From Alphaproteobacteria bacterium (GTDB lineage Bacteria > Pseudomonadota > Alphaproteobacteria > Bin95), in NCBI GenBank assembly GCA_964291285.2, contig OZ219787.1:1024001-1088000 (forward strand): a stretch of DNA of 64,000 nucleotides, given 5' to 3'. Position 1 is the stretch's first letter, and each line of letters starts with the position of its first letter. This document shows, piece by piece, positions 58,090-64,000 of the stretch. The translations under genes were made by a program, and so were the position numbers. The notes under the pieces were generated by a model. It was given only the letters and a program-made list of their open reading frames with translations. It searched no databases and was not told the DNA's origin.

Positions 58090-59361
58090 ATGGACGGGCA
58101 GCAAGCCATCGGGAACCGGGTTGAGGCGGATGCGGGTTCGTCGGCCTATGTACCGCCGCTCCAGCTGACGGAGGGCCAGCCGCCGCCCGTCGCCGCGAAT
58201 GGCGGCCTCTCCTACATGTCTTTCGACCGGGACGGCGATGCCGGAACCGCCGCGGCGCTGGAGGCGGCTCTCAAGGAGATTGCCGACGGGCACAGCGACG
58301 CGCTGATCGACCGGATCGAGAATGCGCCCCCCGGCCCCATCGAGACGAAATGGGGCCTCGGTTTCCGGGAATATGACGAGTGCCTGGACCATATCCGCGC
58401 CAACGGCATCGAAGCCCCCGAGGGCGGCGTGGCGTTGCCGTTGCGCTACACCGTTTACGAACACCCGTCCTATTCCATCGTGCCGTCCAACGCGCTCTGG
58501 CGGGACCCGGCGCGCAAGGCCGAGGCGAAGCTGCTGCGCAAGGCCGAGAACGACGCCGGGCGGCGCAACCTCTACTTCCCGCAGGTGTTGCGTGATGCGC
58601 GCCGGATCGGCGAGTACTATCCGGGCCTCGATGTCAGCAGCGCCGAAAGCATGGACAGGCTCGGCGTCTCGCTGGCGCACCTCGAATCCAGATGCACGAA
58701 CTTCTACGACTCGGCCGAGGTAGAGCGCGTCTTCTACCCGGAGATCGAGAAGCTCCTGCTGGAGTTCTTCCCCGATGCGACCGACGCGCTGGTCTACAAC
58801 CACGATGTGTTCGACAAGGACTACCAGGGCGACCGCACGGAAGACCAGGACGCCAAGAATCCCGGTGTGAACGCCCGCTACGCCAACCTCGTGCACAACG
58901 ACCTGAACGACAATAGCGGGCGGGTGCGCTGCCGCGAGCTGCTGACGAAGAACCTGCGCAACTTCGGGCGCACGCAGCACTACACGGAAGCGGAGGCCGA
59001 CGCGAAGATGTCGCGGCGGTTCATGTCGATCAACCTCGCCAAGCCGATGGAGACGGTTGAGCAGTTCCCCTTCGTGCTCTGCGCCTGGCCGTCCTTCGCC
59101 GACCAGCCCTACATCAACAACTACCGCATCTATGACGACCGGGTCGGGGAGACGACGCGCTTCACCTACCGGCCGGACCATGACTGGTACTGGTTCCCGC
59201 GGCAGACGCCGACGGAAGTGTCGATGCTGAAATGCTACGACTCGGTCACCGACGGTTCGGTGTCGCGCTGGTCGTTCCACACGGCCTGCCAGGACCCGAC
59301 GGTCCCTGTGGATGCGCCCTGCCGCAAGAACGTCGTGGTCCGCTCCTACGTCTTCTTCTAG
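58090..59361 (+). CDS. CmcJ/NvfI family oxidoreductase with N-terminal extension
   Basis: C-terminal half has FYD..EV..VFYPE, VHND, HDWYWFP.QTP.E..MLKCYDS, FHTA..DP and R.NVVVR motifs. Confidence 0.72.
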   Translation: MDGQQAIGNRVEADAGSSAYVPPLQLTEGQPPPVAANGGLSYMSFDRDGDAGTAAALEAALKEIADGHSDALIDRIENAPPGPIETKWGLGFREYDECLDHIRANGIEAPEGGVALPLRYTVYEHPSYSIVPSNALWRDPARKAEAKLLRKAENDAGRRNLYFPQVLRDARRIGEYYPGLDVSSAESMDRLGVSLAHLESRCTNFYDSAEVERVFYPEIEKLLLEFFPDATDALVYNHDVFDKDYQGDRTEDQDAKNPGVNARYANLVHNDLNDNSGRVRCRELLTKNLRNFGRTQHYTEAEADAKMSRRFMSINLAKPMETVEQFPFVLCAWPSFADQPYINNYRIYDDRVGETTRFTYRPDHDWYWFPRQTPTEVSMLKCYDSVTDGSVSRWSFHTACQDPTVPVDAPCRKNVVVRSYVFF

Positions 59362-59381
59362 AAAGGCGCGGCAGGTCCCCC

Positions 59382-60263
59382 ATGGGGAGGGCGGCCTCCC
59401 CGATTCCGGTTTCGCCCATCCCGGCGGTCAATGTGGCCTCGGTGCCGCAGCGCAGCCCGCTGCGCTATCCAGGCGGCAAGACATGGCTCATCCCGCATAT
59501 CCGCCACTGGCTGAAAGGCATCGAACCCCGGCCGAAGCTGCTCGTCGAGCCCTTCGCCGGCGGCGGCATCGTCTCGCTGACGGCGGTCATGGAAGGGCTG
59601 GTGGACCGCTGCCTGATGGTGGAGCTGGACCGCAACGTCGCCGCCTTCTGGCACGCCGCGCTCCGCCACGGCCCGGAACTCTGCGAGATGGTGCAGGACT
59701 TCGAGCCGACGCGGGAGGCCGTCGATGCCCTGTCGCGGCAGGTGCCGGCAAACGTGCTGGAGCACGGCTTCCGCACGCTCGTCCTCAACCGCACCCGCCG
59801 CGGCGGCATCCTCGCGCCAGGTGCGTCCCTCTCGCGGTATGGCGAGAGCGGGAAGGGGGTAGCGTCGCGCTGGTATCCCGAAACGCTCAAGAAGCGTCTC
59901 TTCGCAATTGGCGGCTGTGGACAACGGTTCGGATTCGCCGAGGCGGACGGGATGGCCCTTCTTGAAGTCATGGCAGGCAGCCTAGGCGATAGCTGCGTGC
60001 TGTTTGTGGATCCGCCCTATACCGCAGGTGGCAAACGGGCGGGCAAGCGGCTCTACGCTCACAATGAGGTCGATCATGACCGTCTGTTCGAGCTACTCGC
60101 AGATGGAAAGACGGACTTCGTGATGACTTACGACCGTGCTCCCGAAATCGAAGCACTTGTCCGGAAGCATGGCTTCCATGTCGTGCAGGTGGAGATGAAG
60201 AACACACACCATGCGCGGATATACGAGCTCGTGATCTCGCCTCGCCCGGTATTCATCCATTGA
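59382..60263 (+). CDS. Dam/D12-class DNA methyltransferase
   Basis: SPLRYPGGKTW, VEPFAGGG (motif I) and FVDPPY (motif IV). Confidence 0.92.
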   Translation: MGRAASPIPVSPIPAVNVASVPQRSPLRYPGGKTWLIPHIRHWLKGIEPRPKLLVEPFAGGGIVSLTAVMEGLVDRCLMVELDRNVAAFWHAALRHGPELCEMVQDFEPTREAVDALSRQVPANVLEHGFRTLVLNRTRRGGILAPGASLSRYGESGKGVASRWYPETLKKRLFAIGGCGQRFGFAEADGMALLEVMAGSLGDSCVLFVDPPYTAGGKRAGKRLYAHNEVDHDRLFELLADGKTDFVMTYDRAPEIEALVRKHGFHVVQVEMKNTHHARIYELVISPRPVFIH

Positions 60264-61150
60264 GCCTGCGCTACGGTATTGCCGAGTGGTTCGGGAGGCC
60301 ATTCCCGGAACTGTCACCGGATGAACGCCGCCGCTTGGCGGAAGTTGCCTTGGCGGGTGGTCGCAAGGCACCAGCGTGCCCGTTCCAGAAGGACAAGCCG
60401 CCATGCCGAAAACGGGGTGGCGTTTGCACCCTTCAACGCTATCGGCCGGACGACGATGGTCGGCTTGGGCCGGCGGTGGGAGCCCCGGCAATCGTATGCC
60501 CCGCGAGATTCGAAGAACGGCAGCTTCTGGTAACGTGGCTGGCCGACATCGTGGGTTTCAGCCGCGACGACGCAATGCTCGCTCGCGAAGTTGCATTCAT
60601 GCACGGAACCGGTACCGACAAACCCGCCGGGAAAATTGACCTGGTGGTAGCGAGGGCAGTCGGTGGCGACCTCAAGTGGTACGGGTTGGAAATTCAGGCC
60701 GTGTATTTTTCAGGTACCGGGATGGGCTCCGAGTTCGAGCGGCTGCAGACGGACGACCGGAACCCGCCTCCGTTTCCCAACGCCATACGTCGGCCGGACT
60801 GGCGTTCTTCGAGCGCGAAACGACTGATGCTGCAATTGCAGGTAAAGGTGCCGACGCTGCGGCGATGGGGCTCCAAGATGGCGGTAGCGGTGGACCGGCC
60901 GTTCTTCGACGCGGTGGGCGGAGTAAGCCCCGACTATAGCCGCGACCTGAGCGACGGCGACGTTATCTGGCTGGTTCCCGAGCTGCAGCGCAATGTCGAT
61001 GGTTCATGGCAGTTGACCGCCGGTCATTGGGAAGTCCTGACATTGGAGGCAACCGTGGACAAACTGCTGGCAGCCGAAACGGTGCGTCGCGGTAAGTTCG
61101 AACAAGACCTCCGGATGAAGCTCGAACCGCTATCGCAGGAAGAGACATGA
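60260..61150 (+). CDS. NotI family restriction endonuclease
   Basis: IAEWFG, CPF..C.K.GGVC..CP.RF Cys cluster, GKIDLVV, LEIQAVYFSG and RRPDWRSSSAKRL..QL..K motifs. Confidence 0.85.
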   Translation: MSLRYGIAEWFGRPFPELSPDERRRLAEVALAGGRKAPACPFQKDKPPCRKRGGVCTLQRYRPDDDGRLGPAVGAPAIVCPARFEERQLLVTWLADIVGFSRDDAMLAREVAFMHGTGTDKPAGKIDLVVARAVGGDLKWYGLEIQAVYFSGTGMGSEFERLQTDDRNPPPFPNAIRRPDWRSSSAKRLMLQLQVKVPTLRRWGSKMAVAVDRPFFDAVGGVSPDYSRDLSDGDVIWLVPELQRNVDGSWQLTAGHWEVLTLEATVDKLLAAETVRRGKFEQDLRMKLEPLSQEET

Positions 61151-61383
61151 CCAGAGCGTGGCAAGCGCGTGAAGCAAGGGCACGCTTCAGTGCCTTCATC
61201 GAAGCGACCGTAAACGAAGGTCCGCAAATCGTGACCAGGCACGGCGTCGAGACCGCCGTTCTGTTGCCTATCGCTCAGTGGCGGGAAATGCAGAAAGCGG
61301 AGAAGCCGAGCCTGAAGGAAGCGCTCCTTGCGCCCGAGCCCCGGACCGAAACGCTTACCCCGCCCCGGCAGCCCCGTTCATGA
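61147..61383 (+). CDS. Phd/YefM family antitoxin, no downstream toxin
   Basis: WQAREARARFS..I......GPQIVTRHG...AVL motif; 3' end overlaps the convergent gene. Confidence 0.85.
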   Translation: MTRAWQAREARARFSAFIEATVNEGPQIVTRHGVETAVLLPIAQWREMQKAEKPSLKEALLAPEPRTETLTPPRQPRS

Positions 61384-61651
61384 ACGCCGCCAACTTCACA
61401 TCCAGTTCCGTCACGCCGCCGGCGCTGTGGGTGGCGAGGGTGACTTCGACGCGGTTGTAGACGTTGAACCATTCGGGGTGGTGGTCCATGCGTTCGGCGG
61501 CGAGCGCGCAGCGGGCCATGAAGGCGAAGGCGGCCGTGAAGTCCTCGAATTGGAAACTGCGCCGGATGGCATCCCGGCCCTCGGCCTCGCTCCAGCCTTC
61601 GAGCGCCGCCAGCGCCTCGCGGCGCTCGCTACCGGTGAGCTTTTCGGCCAT
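61355..61651 (-). CDS. 4a-hydroxytetrahydrobiopterin dehydratase
   Basis: DHHPEWFNVYNRVEVTLATHSAGGVT.LD motif. Confidence 0.95.
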   Translation of the reverse strand: MAEKLTGSERREALAALEGWSEAEGRDAIRRSFQFEDFTAAFAFMARCALAAERMDHHPEWFNVYNRVEVTLATHSAGGVTELDVKLAAFMNGAAGAG

Positions 61652-61692
61652 GATCCGCGCCTCCGAAACCGTGTACCTTCCGTAGCCGGACG

Positions 61693-62097
61693 ATGCCTGA
61701 GAGAATCGCGCCTGTCCATCCGCCGAGCCTCGACGAACTGGCCGCCTGGGCCGAGGCCGCCTATGCGGAGCTGCCGGCCTCCTTCCGCCGGCTGACGGCC
61801 GACATCGTCTTCCGGGTGGACGAGTTCCCGGACGAGGAGACCGAGCGCGAGATGGAGCTGGAGAGCCCGTTCGACCTGCTGGGCCTCTACCGCGGCGTCT
61901 CGCTGGACCAGAAGACCGGTTCGGCGAGTGCGGAAGACGTGGACTATGTGTTCCTCTACCGCCGCCCGATCCTCGACTACTGGTGCGAGACGGGGGAGGA
62001 CCTGAAACATATCGTGCGCCATGTGCTGGTCCACGAGATCGGCCACCATTTCGGCCTCTCCGACGAGGACATGGAGGCCATCGAAGCGCAGGCCTGA
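61693..62097 (+). CDS. zincin-like metallopeptidase (DUF1025)
   Basis: DLLGLYRG, FLYRRPIL and VHEIGHHFGLSD motifs. Confidence 0.92.
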   Translation: MPERIAPVHPPSLDELAAWAEAAYAELPASFRRLTADIVFRVDEFPDEETEREMELESPFDLLGLYRGVSLDQKTGSASAEDVDYVFLYRRPILDYWCETGEDLKHIVRHVLVHEIGHHFGLSDEDMEAIEAQA

Positions 62098-62130
62098 CGA
62101 GGCCGCAGGACGAACCGCCGGGGGAAAGCC

Positions 62131-63126
62131 ATGAGCAACAAGGCCGCCGTCATCCACGAAAAAGGTCCGCCCGAGGTCTTCCGCTGGGAGGAGTGGCCGG
62201 CGGGCGAGCCGGGCCCGGGCGAGGCGCTGATCCGGCACGGCGCCATCGGGGTGAACTATATCGACACCTACAACCGGCGCGGCATGCCGCATCCCTGGCC
62301 GGTGCCGCCGCTTCCCATGGTGCTGGGCATCGAGGGTGCGGGCACGGTAGAGGCCGTGGGCGAGGGCGTCACCGAATGCGTGGTCGGCGACCGGGTCTCA
62401 TACGCCAGCCCGCCGCACGGCGCCTACGCCCAGCGCCGCGTGATGCCGGCGAGGCGGCTGGTGAAGCTGCCGGACGGCATCTCCGACGAGGACGCCGCCG
62501 GCATGACGCTCAAGGGCCTGACCGCCCAGTATCTTCTGCGCCGGACCTACCGGGTGCAGCCGGGCGATCCGGTGCTGGTCCATGCGGCGGCCGGCGGCAT
62601 GGGGCTGATCCTCTGCCGGTGGGCGAAGCATCTGGGCGCGACCGTGATCGGCACGGTCTCGACCGACGAGAAGGCCGAGCTCGCCAGGGCCCACGGCGCC
62701 GACCATGTCGCCATCTATTCGCGCGAGGACTTCGTGCCGCTGGTGATGGAGGTGACGGACGGCAAGGGGTGCCCGGTGGTCTATGAGAGCATCGGCAGGG
62801 ACACCTTCACCCGCTCGCTCGACTGCCTGCGCCCGCTCGGCGTCATGGCGAGCTACGGCCATGCCTCGGGCGCGCCGGACCCGGTCGATGTGGTGGAACT
62901 GGGCGCGCGCGGCTCGCTGTTCGTCACCCGTCCGGCGATCATGCACTACATGGAGGAACGCGAGGACCTTGTGGCTTCGGCGAAGGAGCTGTTCGACGTC
63001 ATGTCGTCGGGAGCGGTGCCGGCCACCGTCCGCCACCGTTATCCGCTGCGGGAGGCGGCCGAAGTCCACCGCGCTCTCGAAGAGCGGCGCACCACCGGCT
63101 CGATAGTGCTTCTGCCCTTCGCGTAG
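62131..63126 (+). CDS. qor: NADPH:quinone oxidoreductase (zeta-crystallin family)
   Basis: GVNYID, LKGLTAQYL, HAAAGGMG, GSLFVTRP and RTTGS motifs. Confidence 0.92.
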   Translation: MSNKAAVIHEKGPPEVFRWEEWPAGEPGPGEALIRHGAIGVNYIDTYNRRGMPHPWPVPPLPMVLGIEGAGTVEAVGEGVTECVVGDRVSYASPPHGAYAQRRVMPARRLVKLPDGISDEDAAGMTLKGLTAQYLLRRTYRVQPGDPVLVHAAAGGMGLILCRWAKHLGATVIGTVSTDEKAELARAHGADHVAIYSREDFVPLVMEVTDGKGCPVVYESIGRDTFTRSLDCLRPLGVMASYGHASGAPDPVDVVELGARGSLFVTRPAIMHYMEEREDLVASAKELFDVMSSGAVPATVRHRYPLREAAEVHRALEERRTTGSIVLLPFA

Positions 63127-63222
63127 GGGCCCTCTCCGCCTGCGGGCGGGAATGGGGACCTCGCGCGACAAGGGCAACTCTCCGTCCGGGGTGGCGCAAG
63201 AGGCGGGTCGGACCTCCGGTCG

Positions 63223-64000
63223 CTACCCCTCTTTCCTGAAGGGCGCGAAGTCGGCGAGGAACTCGATCTCCTCGCCGACGGCGTCGCGTTCGCGCTCCAG
63301 GTAATCCGCGACCGCGCGGCGGAAGTTGCGGTCGGCGATCCAGTGCGCGCTGTAGGTCTCGACGGGGACGTAGCCGCGCTGGATCTTGTGCTGGCCCTGC
63401 GCGCCGGCCTCGACCCGAGCCAGGCCCTCGCGGATCGCATAGTCGATGGCCTGGTAGTAGCAGGCCTCGAAATGCAGGAAGCGGAAGCGCGTGTCGCAGC
63501 CCCAGTTGCGCCCGTAGAGCGTGTCGGCGCCGCGCATGTTGAGCGCGCCGCAGACGATCGTGCCTTCGCGCCGGCCGACGATCAGTACCGTGTTGTCGGC
63601 CATGGTCTCGTGCAGACGGAAGAAGAAATCCCGTGTCAGGTAGGCCCCGCCCCATTTCCGGTCCACCGTGTTGCGGTAGAAACGGTGGAACAGGTCCCAG
63701 TGCTCCTCCCTGAGGTCGTCGCCGCTGAGCGCCTCGAAGGTGAGGCCCCATTCCTCCAGCGTCCGGCGTTCCTTGCGGATGGTCTTGCGCTTGCGCGAGT
63801 TCAGCGCGCCCAGGAAATCGTCAAAGCTCCGGTAGCCGTCATTGTGCCAGTGATATTGCTGGCCGAGCCGCTTGAGGAAGCCGAACTCGCCCAGATAGTC
63901 CCACTCTTCCTTCGGCAGGAAGTTGACATGCACCGACGACACGCCGGACCGCCTGCCGATTTCGACCATTGCCGAAGCGAGCGCCGCGCGCGCCTGTTCC
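63223..64000 (-). CDS. FemAB-like GNAT family protein (DUF482), 5' end outside the window
   Basis: SSVHVNF, QYHWHN.GY.SFDDFL, LYGRNWG, LHFEACYYQAI and EAGAQG.HK..RGY motifs. Confidence 0.92.
   Translation of the reverse strand, partial: EQARAALASAMVEIGRRSGVSSVHVNFLPKEEWDYLGEFGFLKRLGQQYHWHNDGYRSFDDFLGALNSRKRKTIRKERRTLEEWGLTFEALSGDDLREEHWDLFHRFYRNTVDRKWGGAYLTRDFFFRLHETMADNTVLIVGRREGTIVCGALNMRGADTLYGRNWGCDTRFRFLHFEACYYQAIDYAIREGLARVEAGAQGQHKIQRGYVPVETYSAHWIADRNFRRAVADYLERERDAVGEEIEFLADFAPFRKEG

Noticed and set aside
63127-63222. Possible terminator or degenerate REP between qor and the GNAT gene
   Set aside because: Only weak stems and no U-tract; not enough support.

Overview
64 kb of very GC-rich, gene-dense bacterial chromosome, most likely from an alphaproteobacterium (Rhodospirillales-like gene order, alphaproteobacterial LexA and PhaR boxes). 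Most of it is ordinary housekeeping and catabolism: mmcB-mutY-DciA-dsbA, a partial cobalamin cluster, a PHA locus, purH, cox/xdh accessory genes, prpF/prpB, sodC with cytochrome b and c', a 3-sulfinopropionyl-CoA desulfinase-like gene with CoA-handling neighbours, a Liv-type ABC transporter between two acyl-CoA ligases, and selA-selB. Most long ORFs in the supplied track are GC-rich shadow frames. No rRNA, tRNA or CRISPR array was seen. Five accessory spots stand out. (1) A ~530-bp non-coding element at 23860-24390 with a sigma70-like promoter next to a LexA-like box, a REP hairpin, palindromes and three 10-bp-phased repeats. (2) A second REP-flanked cassette at 30890-31911, where a LexA-like promoter and a leader with 15-bp repeats precede an orphan IS630-type HTH protein. 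(3) A lower-GC gene with an HNH motif plus hydrophobic helices. (4) A NYN-domain gene inside the PHA locus. (5) A Dam-like methylase with a NotI-family endonuclease and a toxin-less Phd antitoxin. All family calls come from motif recognition by eye; no searches were run.
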